Numbered from the stretch's first letter, positions 17,570 to 28,102 are shown. The stretch is 64,000 bases of DNA from Candidatus Marinacidobacterales bacterium (GCA_965226495.1 OZ245365.1:1376001-1440000); one strand, 5' to 3'. Numbers and translations: made by a program. Notes: generated from the sequence alone by a model not told the origin.

Positions 17570-19482
17570 AACCACTCCATCGCCGCCGAGCTTCCTTGGG
17601 TATTACGCGGCGGGATTTCTTGAACGGCGTTTTGCTGGGTTCTGGCGCGGCGCTTTTGCGCCAACAACCGGTACTCCTCGCAGGGCAGACTCCTCTGCAG
17701 GCGCCGGGTCCCGACTGGTACGGCTATGGCGGCATCGGAGACTATGCGCCCTCCCACGGGAACACACCGGAGGTGCTGGCTCACGCACACCACCTGCGTG
17801 ATGGCCTGTACGAGAGTGCGGGCGGCCGGGCCATTGATACCGAAGAAGTCTACGACGTCGTGGTCATCGGCGGTGGAATTGCCGGGCTCGGTGCGGCCTA
17901 CGAGCTCAAGAAGGCCTCAACCAATCACACGTGCCTGATTATCGAGAACCACCCCATCTTCGGTGGTGAATCGAAGCGCAACGAGTTTCGGGTGAAAGGC
18001 CGTCGCTTGATCGCGCCACAGGGCTCGAACGGTTTCTCTGTGCCGGGCGAGGATAAGGGGGAGCATGCATCTAGCGACGCCCGCTACTACCAGGAACTAG
18101 GCATCCCTCGGCGTTTTTCCTACCAGCGTCTGGAAGGCGATGGGGACTTGCGATTCGGTACCGACAATTACGGTTTTCTTTATTGGTTGGAGAACAAGGT
18201 TAGTGTCGGATATTTCTCCGGCGGCGACCAGAAGAGGGTCGCGAAAGACCCCTGGCAGTCTGAATTGAAAGGAACCTCTTTTTCCCAGCTCGAGCGCGAG
18301 CAGTTACTCAAGTGGCGAAACGCAAGCGGGCGGCCTTCCGAGAGGAAAGACTACGAGCAATGGTTGGACAGCATGAGCTACGCCGATTACATCGAGAAGG
18401 TCATGGGCCTCAATCCGAACGTAACGGCCTTTGCGGATCCTCTATTGGCGAGCGCCGTGGGTTTGGGATGTGACGCGGTTTCAGCGTATGCCGCGTATTC
18501 CATTCTTTTTCCGGGCGTGATCAACTTCTATCCTCCCGAGGTGAGGGATCTGTCGCAGCTCGAGCGGCACTCGTTTCCAGGAGGGAATGACGGTTTTGCA
18601 CGGCACTTCGTGAAGAAAATCATTCCGGCGGCGATAGGCGGCGACGATTCCTTCGAACAAATCATGAACGGAAGCGTGAATTTCGCCGCCTTGGATAAGG
18701 ACGACCAGCGCATTCGGATGCGCGTGGGCGCGACGGTGGTGGGTGTCGAGCATCAAGCTGAGGGGGGCGAGCCCGACAGGTCCGAGCACGTTGTGGTGAC
18801 CTACGCTAAGGGTTCCAATCTGTACCGCGTCAGGGCTCGCGGCGTCGTGATGGCCACAGGCGGTTGGATGAACAAGCATGTCGTTCGCGACTTGCCGGCC
18901 GCTCATCATGACGCCTTCGGATCGTTCCAGCATTCGGCTTTCTTGGTGGCAAACGTCGCTCTGACAAACTGGCGCTTCATGTACGACTTGGGTATTACGG
19001 CGTGCCGCTACAACGGTCGCTTCGGTTTCAGTTGCAACATCCGGCTGCCCATGTCGGTGGGGGAATATCAGCCGACACTCGACCCGGACGAGCCCACCGT
19101 TTTGACGTTCTACGTGCCACTCATCTACCCGGGACTCCCGGTGAGGGCCCAGTGTATGAGAGGTCGCATGGATCTCCTCACCACGAGCTATGCGGACTAC
19201 GAGTCACTGATCGTGACGCAGCTCTCGGAGCTTTTTGGAACGAGCTTCGATCCGAAGCGTGACGTGGCGGGTATCATTCTCAATCGCTGGGGGCACGCGT
19301 ACGTGGTGCCCGAGCCGGGCTTCTTCTTCGGTCGCGACGGGGAACCGGCGGCTCGAGATGTTATCCGGGAACCCCACGGCCGGATCGCCTTCGGTCACTC
19401 GGAGCTCCGAGGCAACCAACATTGGGGATCCGCGGCCGATGAGGGGCGTCGGGCGATGCGCCAAGTCCTCGATCAACTCTAG
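17566..19482 (+). CDS. Tat-exported FAD-dependent amine oxidoreductase, spermidine dehydrogenase (SpdH)-like
   Basis: ITRRDFLNG Tat motif; VVIGGGIAG; ENHPIFGGESKRNEF; FPGGN; NRWGHAY; IAFGHSE. Confidence 0.82.
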   Translation: MKPLHRRRASLGITRRDFLNGVLLGSGAALLRQQPVLLAGQTPLQAPGPDWYGYGGIGDYAPSHGNTPEVLAHAHHLRDGLYESAGGRAIDTEEVYDVVVIGGGIAGLGAAYELKKASTNHTCLIIENHPIFGGESKRNEFRVKGRRLIAPQGSNGFSVPGEDKGEHASSDARYYQELGIPRRFSYQRLEGDGDLRFGTDNYGFLYWLENKVSVGYFSGGDQKRVAKDPWQSELKGTSFSQLEREQLLKWRNASGRPSERKDYEQWLDSMSYADYIEKVMGLNPNVTAFADPLLASAVGLGCDAVSAYAAYSILFPGVINFYPPEVRDLSQLERHSFPGGNDGFARHFVKKIIPAAIGGDDSFEQIMNGSVNFAALDKDDQRIRMRVGATVVGVEHQAEGGEPDRSEHVVVTYAKGSNLYRVRARGVVMATGGWMNKHVVRDLPAAHHDAFGSFQHSAFLVANVALTNWRFMYDLGITACRYNGRFGFSCNIRLPMSVGEYQPTLDPDEPTVLTFYVPLIYPGLPVRAQCMRGRMDLLTTSYADYESLIVTQLSELFGTSFDPKRDVAGIILNRWGHAYVVPEPGFFFGRDGEPAARDVIREPHGRIAFGHSELRGNQHWGSAADEGRRAMRQVLDQL

Positions 19483-19549
19483 CCGGCACGGCGTCTCGCC
19501 AACCAGGCGTGAGTTAGAATAGCCAGGCCAGCCAACGTGGAGCATCGAA

Positions 19550-20623
19550 ATGACCGAGTCCAACCCTGAAAGCCCGGTGATTGCCGGCTACAAGCCGTGC
19601 TACGTGGAGCTCGAGAGAGGGAAGACCTACCTATGGTGTGCCTGTGGGCGGAGTAAGAATCAACCCTTTTGCGATAGCTCTCACCGCGGCACGTCCTTTC
19701 GGCCGGTCCAGTACGTCGCGAAGGAAGAAGGCGAAGAAGTCTTGTTCTGCGCCTGCAAGCGCTCGTCGGAGAAGCCGTTTTGCGACGGGACGCACAACAG
19801 CCTGAAAGACAAGTACGACGAAGACGATCCCCAAAGCCGGGAGAACCTATCTATTCCTCAGGTCGAGGCGGGTGGAGAGGGGAAGGCCCGTTTGGACGGG
19901 GGGTGCTACGTCTGCAGCATCCCGGCGCTAGCCCTCGATCGAAACGGCACGCTCGGTTTCGCGCCCACCATTGCTTCTTCCGACGGTGCCAAGTATCAGT
20001 CGCAGTTCTATCTAGAAGCGACGCAGGGAGAGTCTCCGGTGATCAGTTTTGGAGACCGTCATGTGGTCCTACTCCTGGCGGAAGGGAAGGGGACGGTGGT
20101 GATCTCTGGACAATCGTTCGAGGTGAAGGAAACCGACGGCGTCTACGTTCGGGGGGGCGAGGCTTTTTCGCTGCAGAACCTTGGGCCGGACACGATGAAG
20201 CTCTTCGCCGCCGTCTGTCCTCAAGCCGAACAACCCGCGTTCTTAGAAGAGATGCCACAGAACTTCGAGGCCTCACTTCCGAAGCGTGTGGTCAGCGTCG
20301 ATCCGGAAGAGCGCCAATCCATGGCAGATCGATTCTTTCAACTTCTTGTAGACAAGAAGATCGGCTCCGACGTGGTGACCCAGTTCATAGGCGAAATTCC
20401 CGTCTCCAAGGCCAGTCCGCACCGCCACCTATATGAAGAGACGCTCGTCATCCTCAAAGGCGAGGGTTGCATGTGGACCGAGTCGAAAAAAGCACCGGTC
20501 AAAGCGGGCGACATCATCTTCTTGCCTCGCAAACAGCTTCATTCACTCCAATGTACCGATGACGACGGGATGCTGGTGGTGGGAGTCATCTACCCGGGCG
20601 ACAACCCTTCCATCAATTACTGA
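19550..20623 (+). CDS. Double CDGSH iron-sulfur domain fused to two cupin domains
   Basis: WCACGRSKNQPFCDSSH and FCACKRSSEKPFCDGTH; C-terminal cupin HRHLYEE...GDIIFLP..QLHSL. Confidence 0.85.
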   Translation: MTESNPESPVIAGYKPCYVELERGKTYLWCACGRSKNQPFCDSSHRGTSFRPVQYVAKEEGEEVLFCACKRSSEKPFCDGTHNSLKDKYDEDDPQSRENLSIPQVEAGGEGKARLDGGCYVCSIPALALDRNGTLGFAPTIASSDGAKYQSQFYLEATQGESPVISFGDRHVVLLLAEGKGTVVISGQSFEVKETDGVYVRGGEAFSLQNLGPDTMKLFAAVCPQAEQPAFLEEMPQNFEASLPKRVVSVDPEERQSMADRFFQLLVDKKIGSDVVTQFIGEIPVSKASPHRHLYEETLVILKGEGCMWTESKKAPVKAGDIIFLPRKQLHSLQCTDDDGMLVVGVIYPGDNPSINY

Positions 20624-20686
20624 ATCAGTTTTCCTCGACGCGCCACGAGAGCCGACCCGGTCGTGGCCCTGTGACTGGAGTAGTTC

Positions 20687-21144
20687 CTAAAGCGCCATCT
20701 CGTCCGCGGTGGCTGCCTCTTCCGAGACGGAGACGATACCGTCACTCGAGGCGCAGATTTGCCCCTCTTGATCGCGAAGCTCGGCGCTCGCGAATATCAT
20801 CGAGCGACCAGCCCGGACGATTCGACCGAGCACTTCGAAGCGATCGCCGTGAACGGGCCGAATGAAATGCACATTGAGTTGCGCGGTGCCGACGCGGCGT
20901 CCCGGTGCGCAGAAATGGCCCACCAAGCCAATCGTGAAGTCGAAAGCGGCCGAAATGATCGCTCCATTGACGGCATCGGTTCCTAGCCCCCCCGATGGTG
21001 CGGCTCGATGGGGTCGATGGACAAGCGGACGACATCCGGTGAGGAAAGATCCAAGCGCGCGCCCATGTGAAGTAAGCCAGGGTGACGGTTCCAGCGAGCC
21101 TCCATTTTGGCCCGCTCGGTATCTGAGAGGGGGAGGGCGGTCAC
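20687..21144 (-). CDS. PaaI/hotdog-fold thioesterase, split by a single-base deletion near 20987-20993
   Basis: Adding one G to the G run restores HHRGGLGTDAVNGAIISAAFDF, continuing to TAQLNVHFIRP; GTGA overlap with the upstream gene. Confidence 0.75.
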
Positions 21145-21542
21145 AGGTTGCCGGAGCAGACTCGCTCGTCGATGATCCGCTGAAACCAACCGAGCTCCAT
21201 TGCCAGCTTCGTTAGCAGCGCACTCATTTCGTTCCAGTCTCTTGCCGGAAGAGCCTCGACGAGCTGGGTGGCCAGATCCTCCAATCCGGCTGCGCCGACT
21301 TCGGTGGAACTGGCTTTGAGCTCGCGCGCTAGGCGGGCGAGCGATTCGGAGTCCTGGTTCCCGAGGGCCCGCTCGAGCGATGTGAGAGCTCGGTCGGCTG
21401 ACTTCGAAAAAGACTCACAGCGCTCCTTGGCGAGCTCGGCGTTGCCGTTCGCTTGTCGGAGGGCGATAGTGCGATCGAAGACTTCCAAGTTGAAACTACC
21501 TCTCTTAACGCTGTTTATATCAAAGAGGCGGTACTCGAACAA
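21141..21542 (-). CDS. Hpt-like domain protein lacking the phosphoacceptor His
   Basis: LARELKASSTEVGA..L matches the Hpt aHxLKGSS..lGA pattern with R in place of H. Confidence 0.6.
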   Translation of the reverse strand: MFEYRLFDINSVKRGSFNLEVFDRTIALRQANGNAELAKERCESFSKSADRALTSLERALGNQDSESLARLARELKASSTEVGAAGLEDLATQLVEALPARDWNEMSALLTKLAMELGWFQRIIDERVCSGNL

Positions 21543-21572
21543 ATCCGGGGCTCGAGAGAGAGCCGCTGCTAT

Positions 21573-21740
21573 CTAGCCGGCTAGAGCGTAATAGATCACG
21601 TAGAACCAGGAGAATACGCCGTGCAGCATGGCCCATAGTATCGATCCGTTCTTGGACCAGGAGATCGCAATCGCGAGTGCTGCGCCCATGCTGACGCCCG
21701 AACGAGTTACTTCACGACGGTACATATGACCGTTAGCCAT
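21573..21740 (-). CDS. Small conserved-looking membrane protein
   Basis: GAALAIAISWSKNGSILWAMLHGVFSWFYVIYY; GGAGG RBS before ATG 21740. Confidence 0.7.
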   Translation of the reverse strand: MANGHMYRREVTRSGVSMGAALAIAISWSKNGSILWAMLHGVFSWFYVIYYALAG

Positions 21741-21824
21741 AAACGTCCTCCGCGGTGGCGGCCTCTCCGGGAGTGGCGAAGCCGGTCTCACCTTATCGGA
21801 AGACGGGAGGTCCTGCCAGGGTTC

Positions 21825-24329
21825 CTACTCGGTTCGAAGTGCGACGACGGGGTCGATTCGACTCGCCCGGCGGGCCGGAACGTAGGCGGCAAGGGCGGCC
21901 GCACCGACGAGGACAGTCGGGACCGCGAAGAACGTGAAGGGGTCGAAGGCCTCGACTCCGAAGAGGAGTCCACTCAGCAACTGGCTCAACCCGAGAGACA
22001 GCAGGAGACCGATCACACCACCGACGACCACAAGTTTTAGCCCGCTCAGCATCAGCATTCGGATCACGGAGCCCCCGTCGGCGCCGAGAGACATCCTAAT
22101 TCCCACTTCCCGGGTTCTCTGAGCAACCGCGTAGCTCACGATGCCGTAGAGGCCCACGCTGGCCAACGCGAGGGCGAGCACCGCGAAGACGGAGAGCAAC
22201 AACGCAGACAAGCGAGCGGGGAGTAGCACGATCCCCAAGTGTTTGTCCATGCTCTTGGCTTCCCATACCCATAGGTCCGGATCGACTCGTCGGCCGGTGG
22301 CCAACAAGTCGAGCGCCAGGCGCTCTGGGTCGAGGGTCGTTCGAGCCACCACGGTGTGGAAGGTCTCGTAGTTCTGGCTGTAGGGGATATAAATGAAGGA
22401 TCGCGGCGCCTCGCCCAGTGAACGTACTTTGGTGTCGCTCGCTACCCCGATGATCTGAAGGTCGGGGTCATCGTCGTCGCGCAGCATTTGGCCAACCGCC
22501 TTCTCGGCAGAGGACCAAAACTTCTTGGCCAGGGCTTCGCTGACAATGGCAACCGGCGGGCTGTCGGCGAGATCTCGGTCGTTGAAGTTGCGGCCTCTCA
22601 AGATGCGGACCCCCGCTGCGTCGAAAAACTCCGCGTCGACTGTGGCGCGATCGGCGGCGTGGGCATCGCGTTCCGGCGGCGGCTCGACCCCGTCCACATT
22701 AAAGTCCATGGTTTGTGTGCTCGTGGTGTTGAGATGCAGGTTGTCGATCATTCCTACCGATTCGACACCCGGTAGTTCTCGGAATCGATCCAGCAAGTTG
22801 CGGGTGAAGACTCTGCCCTCTTCTTCGGTGAATCGAGTCGTCGGAACCATGACAGTGAGAATCGCCGATGGATCCCGGCCGAATCCCGGATCGACGGATT
22901 GGATCCGCTCGAAGCTTCGTAAGAAGAGCCCCGCTCCCACAAGCAGGACCAAAGAGATCACCACCTGAGCCACGACCAGCAAATTCCTTACCGTGAGTTT
23001 GCCGTGCTGCCCGCCCCCCGCCGTTTCGTCCTTGAGGGTAGAGGCAAGATCGGGGTTCGTGCTCTGAAGCGCAGGAACCAATCCGAGCAGGACCCCCGCC
23101 ACCAGGGAAACTGAGAGGCTGAACCCGAGCACGTTGGTGTCAGGGGTCAAATCCAACGTAATGGGAAGCGGGAGTGGCAGGTCGGCGGAGACGAGGAGCT
23201 TCAGAAGCCAAACCGAAAGCGCGAACCCGGCACCACCGGCCAAGACTCCGAGGAGGACCGTCTCACTCAGAAGCTGCCCCGCCAAGTCGCGGCGGGTGGC
23301 GCCCAGAGCAAGGCGAAGAGCGATCTCTTTCTTGCGATCCAGAGCCTGGGCGAGCAGAAAGCTCGCCAGGTTCATGCAGGCGATGAGCAGCACGAGGCCG
23401 ACGGCGACGGTGAGCAGCCAGGCGGCAGCGCGAACAAACCGGTCGACCGGAGGGAAAAGGATGACACTTTCCGTCGGTACGGAAATGAATTTTCCGTGGG
23501 GATCCCAATTGTCGGTGTCGTCTTCCGTCAGGCGCGCGGCAACCGCGTCCATCGCGACCTGAACTTGAGGGATGGATACACCGGGTTTGAGCCGCGCCTT
23601 GAGGAACATGGAGTGATTGCCCCGCGCCTCGAACTGATCGCTGGTGGCCGCGAGGAGCTCGTTGAGCATCATCATCGGCGTGTAGACCGCTGGTTCCATT
23701 CCGCGAAAGCTACCCATGAACTCCGGCGATGCGACGCCGAGGATCGTGTAGGGGCGGCCGCTCAAACGCATTTCGCGGCCGACCACGTTTGGGTCCCCGC
23801 CGAACGCGCTTTGCCAATACTTGTGGGACAACACGACGACGGGATGGGCGCCTGGATTGACGTCGTCCTCCGTCAGGATCGTTCGGCCCACCAGCGCTTC
23901 AACTCCGAGCAGAGAGAAGTAGTTTCCGCTAACCACCTCGCTCGAGATCATCTCGACGGAGCCATCCCGATCGACCTGCGCGAGGTTGATCCTTGTCGCG
24001 CTGACGCCTTCGAACACGTCTCGGGTTCCGTCTCGAATGTCCTCGTAGTCCGGGTACGAGAAGACGTTGTAATGGAAGTCGGGCGTGTCGATGTAGAGAT
24101 TGACGAGCTCTTCGGGAGCCTCGAGGGGGGACTCTTTCAACAACACGGCATTGATGAGGGTGAAGATGGCGGTGTTGGCGCCAATTCCCAGCGCCAGGGA
24201 CAAGATGGCGATCAACGTGAAGCCCGGGTTTTGTCTCAACCTCCGGGTTGCATAGGCGAGGTTTCGCCAGACCGTGGCCAGGAACGAATCACCGTTCCCG
24301 TTCCTGCCTAGTGTATGGGTCGTGGGCAC
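21825..24329 (-). CDS. ABC transporter permease, duplicated MacB/FtsX type (ADOP-like)
   Basis: PGFTLIAILSLALGIGANTAIF; LLIACMNLA; REVGIRMSLGA; PARRASRIDP. Confidence 0.93.
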   Translation of the reverse strand: MPTTHTLGRNGNGDSFLATVWRNLAYATRRLRQNPGFTLIAILSLALGIGANTAIFTLINAVLLKESPLEAPEELVNLYIDTPDFHYNVFSYPDYEDIRDGTRDVFEGVSATRINLAQVDRDGSVEMISSEVVSGNYFSLLGVEALVGRTILTEDDVNPGAHPVVVLSHKYWQSAFGGDPNVVGREMRLSGRPYTILGVASPEFMGSFRGMEPAVYTPMMMLNELLAATSDQFEARGNHSMFLKARLKPGVSIPQVQVAMDAVAARLTEDDTDNWDPHGKFISVPTESVILFPPVDRFVRAAAWLLTVAVGLVLLIACMNLASFLLAQALDRKKEIALRLALGATRRDLAGQLLSETVLLGVLAGGAGFALSVWLLKLLVSADLPLPLPITLDLTPDTNVLGFSLSVSLVAGVLLGLVPALQSTNPDLASTLKDETAGGGQHGKLTVRNLLVVAQVVISLVLLVGAGLFLRSFERIQSVDPGFGRDPSAILTVMVPTTRFTEEEGRVFTRNLLDRFRELPGVESVGMIDNLHLNTTSTQTMDFNVDGVEPPPERDAHAADRATVDAEFFDAAGVRILRGRNFNDRDLADSPPVAIVSEALAKKFWSSAEKAVGQMLRDDDDPDLQIIGVASDTKVRSLGEAPRSFIYIPYSQNYETFHTVVARTTLDPERLALDLLATGRRVDPDLWVWEAKSMDKHLGIVLLPARLSALLLSVFAVLALALASVGLYGIVSYAVAQRTREVGIRMSLGADGGSVIRMLMLSGLKLVVVGGVIGLLLSLGLSQLLSGLLFGVEAFDPFTFFAVPTVLVGAAALAAYVPARRASRIDPVVALRTE

Positions 24330-24541
24330 GCTGAGCCTCCTATCGTCCGGCGGTCGGAGTCTAGTGCCCGACCGCCACTGTTATAAACGTTGGCGGCCAG
24401 CTAAGGGTTCCCCAAAAGGGTGGCACCTGGTGACCGAGGTTTCAAGATGTTGATTTTAAACGGCTTACCAAAAGGGTGGCACCTGGTGGAGAATCGAGAG
24501 AAACTAGCGGTGTTCTTAATTCGAGGATTCGAGGAGTCGCT

Positions 24542-25189
24542 ATGTTCATCAAGAAAACTGAAGTACCCGAGAAGGAAAGTTCACTTCCGGGGCGGGCCGA
24601 TCCCATGTCTGTTCCGGAGACCCATTTCGTGAATGGGCATCCGTTGAAGCCGCCATTTCCCGAGGGAATGGAGATGGCGATGTTCGCGCTCGGATGTTTC
24701 TGGGGAGCCGAGAAGACCTTTTGGGAGACCGATGGCGTCTACACGACCGCCGTCGGCTACGCGGGAGGGTACACTCCAAACGCGACTTACCAGGAGGTAT
24801 GCAGCGGCATGACCGGCCACACCGAAGTCGTGCTCGTGGTGTTCGACCCGCAGGTCGTCTCGTACGAGAAGCTACTCAAGATCTTTTGGGAGGCTCACGA
24901 CCCGACACAAGGGATGCGCCAGGGTGGTGACGTCGGGACGCAGTACCGATCCGAAATCTATACCTATAACGATGAGCAGAAGAAGGCTGCGCTTGCTTCG
25001 CGAGAAGCCTATGAAGAAGTGTTGGGAGCTTCGGGCTACGATCCCATCACCACCGAGATCGAAGATGCCCCCGAGCTCTACTACGCCGAGGATTACCATC
25101 AGCAGTACCTGGCCAAGAACCCGAACGGTTACTGTGGCCATGGAGGTACAGGGGTCGCTTGTCCTACCGGGCTTTCAGTAGATCGATAA
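24542..25189 (+). CDS. msrA: Peptide methionine sulfoxide reductase A
   Basis: [29 protein letters not shown]; GAGGAG RBS. Confidence 0.96.
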   Translation: MFIKKTEVPEKESSLPGRADPMSVPETHFVNGHPLKPPFPEGMEMAMFALGCFWGAEKTFWETDGVYTTAVGYAGGYTPNATYQEVCSGMTGHTEVVLVVFDPQVVSYEKLLKIFWEAHDPTQGMRQGGDVGTQYRSEIYTYNDEQKKAALASREAYEEVLGASGYDPITTEIEDAPELYYAEDYHQQYLAKNPNGYCGHGGTGVACPTGLSVDR

Positions 25190-25204
25190 GAGTGCCAGCT
25201 GATT

Positions 25205-25705
25205 CTACGGCGGAAACCCCTCGAGCAGTTTTCTCACGGCCTTGTTGATGAGGGTCTGGTTCTTCTGAGGTTTAGGATCCACAGTCGCGGTTGCGATGCC
25301 TCGCCACAATAACCGTCCCTTCTTTGAGTCGAGGATATCGAGAACGAGCGTTCCCGCGATGTGTTTTTCTACCTTGAGAGTTGCGGGGGATGTCCATGTC
25401 GCGCGATAGCCGGCGCCGGCCAAATCAACCTCTTCTTTCGCCGACGCGTGGTAGACGAGGTACAGGTCGGGTTCTTGCTCATCCAGCCAGTAACCCTTGA
25501 TGCCGAGCTCGCTCTCGACGGCGCTCGTGATCCGATGGTCGGAGAGGTCGTTCTCGACCGGCGTGCCATCTCGCCAGGCAAACGTTTCGTACTTGCCGAA
25601 ATCGACTCGGTCGTCATAGTCGACGCTGATGTTCTGGGCGTTGGCGCTAATCGGGGCAAGGACCATGATGCCGGACAAAATTACCAGGGTTGCCAGGTTT
25701 CTCAT
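25205..25705 (-). CDS. DUF4136-like exported protein
   Basis: VDYD..VDF.KY.TFAW; GTLVLDILD...LLWRG; signal peptide. Confidence 0.75.
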   Translation of the reverse strand: MRNLATLVILSGIMVLAPISANAQNISVDYDDRVDFGKYETFAWRDGTPVENDLSDHRITSAVESELGIKGYWLDEQEPDLYLVYHASAKEEVDLAGAGYRATWTSPATLKVEKHIAGTLVLDILDSKKGRLLWRGIATATVDPKPQKNQTLINKAVRKLLEGFPP

Positions 25706-25719
25706 TTAAAAGGTTCCTC

Positions 25720-26697
25720 TCAAGGCTCCGTCTTGGGTGCCATCTTCTGAACGGCGTAGTATCCCTGCCGAGTGCGGACGTCGAGGTGATCGTAGTATTT
25801 GACCCGAACCTGTATGCGACGCCAGGACCCGTCTCGGGTGGCGTCTTTGGGAACGTAGGCGATCCGGTATTGACTGTGTAGCTCTTCCATGACCTGGGAG
25901 AAATGGTAGTTGAGCTGTTCCAAATCGTGGGGGTAGAAGGCGCGGCCACCGGTCTCTTTGGCGAGACTACCGAGGAAGTGTCGGTTGACCACCCTGACCC
26001 CGGAACCGAGTCCGGGTCGACCTTCGAAGCCGACCGTGTAGATACTCACATCGGAGAGCTTGCCGCGCTCGACCGCTTCGTCCTGGGTAATGTCACTTCC
26101 CTCCGCCGACGGCCAAGAGTCGGTGCCATCGGTGAGAACCAAGAGTGCGGTACGACCGTTGAGGGCCGCGAGTTTTTCGAGCGATATCCGCACCGCGTCA
26201 TAGAGGGCGGTCGCGCCTCCCGGTCGGAAGCCGTCGATGGCTCGCTCCAAAGTGCCCACGTCACCCGTGAAGTTGGTTGGGAAGAATAGGTCCTGGTTGA
26301 AGAAGCCGATCATGGCCCGATCGCCCGGACGCAACTGACGGACGAAGTTCATGGCCGCCGACTTAACGCCGTTGGCGTTCGGCTGGATACTCGACGAGGC
26401 GTCGAGTAGGAGGATAACGGTGACGGGAGTGTTTCCGGAAGCAAAGAAGCTCAGCTCTTGGGTGATCCCGTTCTCACTTATCTCGAAGTCCTCGGCCTTC
26501 AGTCCCGGGATCATTTTTCTTCCTGAGGTGACGACGGCGTTCAAGTAGACCGCATCTACTGCTACATTGAACTCGATTTGCTCCTCAGCGTGAGTACCGG
26601 ACGGGACGGTAGCCTTTTGCGCGGTGGTGGTCATAGATGAGCCGGGGGATAGGCCAATGAGAGGCAATCCGGTCAGAAGCAGGTGTCGCGCTCGCAC
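25720..26697 (-). CDS. VWA domain protein (acidobacterial VWFA-related type)
   Basis: LDASSS MIDAS motif, TALYDA, LTDG, ETGG, QYRIAY, VRTRQGY. Confidence 0.88.
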   Translation of the reverse strand: MRARHLLLTGLPLIGLSPGSSMTTTAQKATVPSGTHAEEQIEFNVAVDAVYLNAVVTSGRKMIPGLKAEDFEISENGITQELSFFASGNTPVTVILLLDASSSIQPNANGVKSAAMNFVRQLRPGDRAMIGFFNQDLFFPTNFTGDVGTLERAIDGFRPGGATALYDAVRISLEKLAALNGRTALLVLTDGTDSWPSAEGSDITQDEAVERGKLSDVSIYTVGFEGRPGLGSGVRVVNRHFLGSLAKETGGRAFYPHDLEQLNYHFSQVMEELHSQYRIAYVPKDATRDGSWRRIQVRVKYYDHLDVRTRQGYYAVQKMAPKTEP

Positions 26698-26769
26698 AGC
26701 CTATCAGGTTAGCCAACCCGGCGCTTTCGATCAAGACTCGCCCGATCCGCATGTGATAAGTGTTGTGTC

Positions 26770-27762
26770 ATGAAACTGCGATTGCTTTCTGGGGACGAGA
26801 TTCGCCGCGCCGTATCCATGGCGCAAGCCATTGAGGCTGTGAAGCCGGCTTTCGCCGAGCTTTCGACGGGCAAAGCGGATGTACCCGTTCGTACCGGCGT
26901 CAAGGTTCCCCAGCATAACGGGGTCAGCTTATTCATGCCCGCCTTCTTACGGGAGAGCGATCAGCTCGGTGTGAAAATAGCGTCCGTCTTCCCGGACAAT
27001 GTGAAGCGGGCTCTTCCCACCATCCACGCGTTGGTTGCGGTGATCGATTCGAAGACCGGCCGTCCGACCGCGATTGTCGACGGAACCTATCTGACGGCTC
27101 TGCGAACGGGCGCCGCGACGGGAGCCGCCACCGATCTCCTCGCGCGTAGGGACGCGAGGGTCGCTGCCATCATCGGGGCCGGGGGGCAGGCTCGCACGCA
27201 ACTAGAAGGTGTCTGTGAAGTCCGAGATATAGAAGAGGCAAGGATCTACAGTCTTCGCCCCGATTCGGCGGCGAAGTTCGCGGAGGAAATGCAAGATGCC
27301 GGCGGCCGGATACCGAAGAACGTTAGGGCCGTCTCCTCGGCGAGAGAAGCGTTGCGAGGCGCGGACATCGTCTGCACCGCCACAACGGCGAGAGCACCGG
27401 TGTTCGAGGATGCCCATCTCGAAGTTGGCGCGCACATCAACGCGGTCGGAAGCTTTACTCCTGAGATGCAGGAGGTTCCCGAAGAGACGATGAGGAGGGG
27501 GCAGGTGGTCGTTGATTCCCGAGAGGCTTGCTGGGAAGAGGCCGGAGATCTGCTGATTCCCTTGCAGAAGGGGCTCATTTCCAAGGACCACATTCGCGCG
27601 GAGCTCGGCGAGATCTTGGCCGGTGCCAGGGCGGGGCGGGGAAATGACGACGAGGTCACGATCTTCAAGTCGGTGGGCAACGCGGTGCAGGACGTTGCCG
27701 TCGCAGGCAAGGCATTAGAAGAGGCGAGAAAACACTCTCTCGGCGTCGAGTTAGAGATCTAA
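26770..27762 (+). CDS. Ornithine cyclodeaminase/mu-crystallin family protein
   Basis: LTALRTGA, IIGAGGQA, HINAVGS, FKSVGNAVQD. Confidence 0.92.
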   Translation: MKLRLLSGDEIRRAVSMAQAIEAVKPAFAELSTGKADVPVRTGVKVPQHNGVSLFMPAFLRESDQLGVKIASVFPDNVKRALPTIHALVAVIDSKTGRPTAIVDGTYLTALRTGAATGAATDLLARRDARVAAIIGAGGQARTQLEGVCEVRDIEEARIYSLRPDSAAKFAEEMQDAGGRIPKNVRAVSSAREALRGADIVCTATTARAPVFEDAHLEVGAHINAVGSFTPEMQEVPEETMRRGQVVVDSREACWEEAGDLLIPLQKGLISKDHIRAELGEILAGARAGRGNDDEVTIFKSVGNAVQDVAVAGKALEEARKHSLGVELEI

Positions 27763-27770
27763 CAAGACGC

Positions 27771-28047
27771 TTACGTGCCGATGACCACGTTCCACGGTCG
27801 AATCCGCCATTCCTTGACCAGCCCGTTTTGCACGTACGGATCGGCGGCGACAAACTCTTCGATCTTCTTGGGGTCGTCGACTTTGAAAACGATCACCGCC
27901 TGATCGACGGGATCAGCTAGCGCTCCTCCGAAGACGAGCTCCCCTCGTGCGTGGCACTCCTTAGCCATGCCCAAATGCCCTTCTCGGAACGGACCTCGGC
28001 GGTCGAGTATATCGTCGACGTAATCGTAGAAAAGTATGTAATGCATC
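27771..28047 (-). CDS. YciI family protein
   Basis: R.PFREGHL, GGALADP, FVAADPYVQNGLV. Confidence 0.88.
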
Positions 28048-28102
28048 TCTACCTCGCTTGCCGCCATTCTAACGCGACGTGACGAGCTAATGATACAGGG
28101 CA

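Noticed and set aside
24542-25189. MsrA as a selenoprotein
   Set aside because: The catalytic GCFWG uses TGT (Cys); there is no in-frame TGA.
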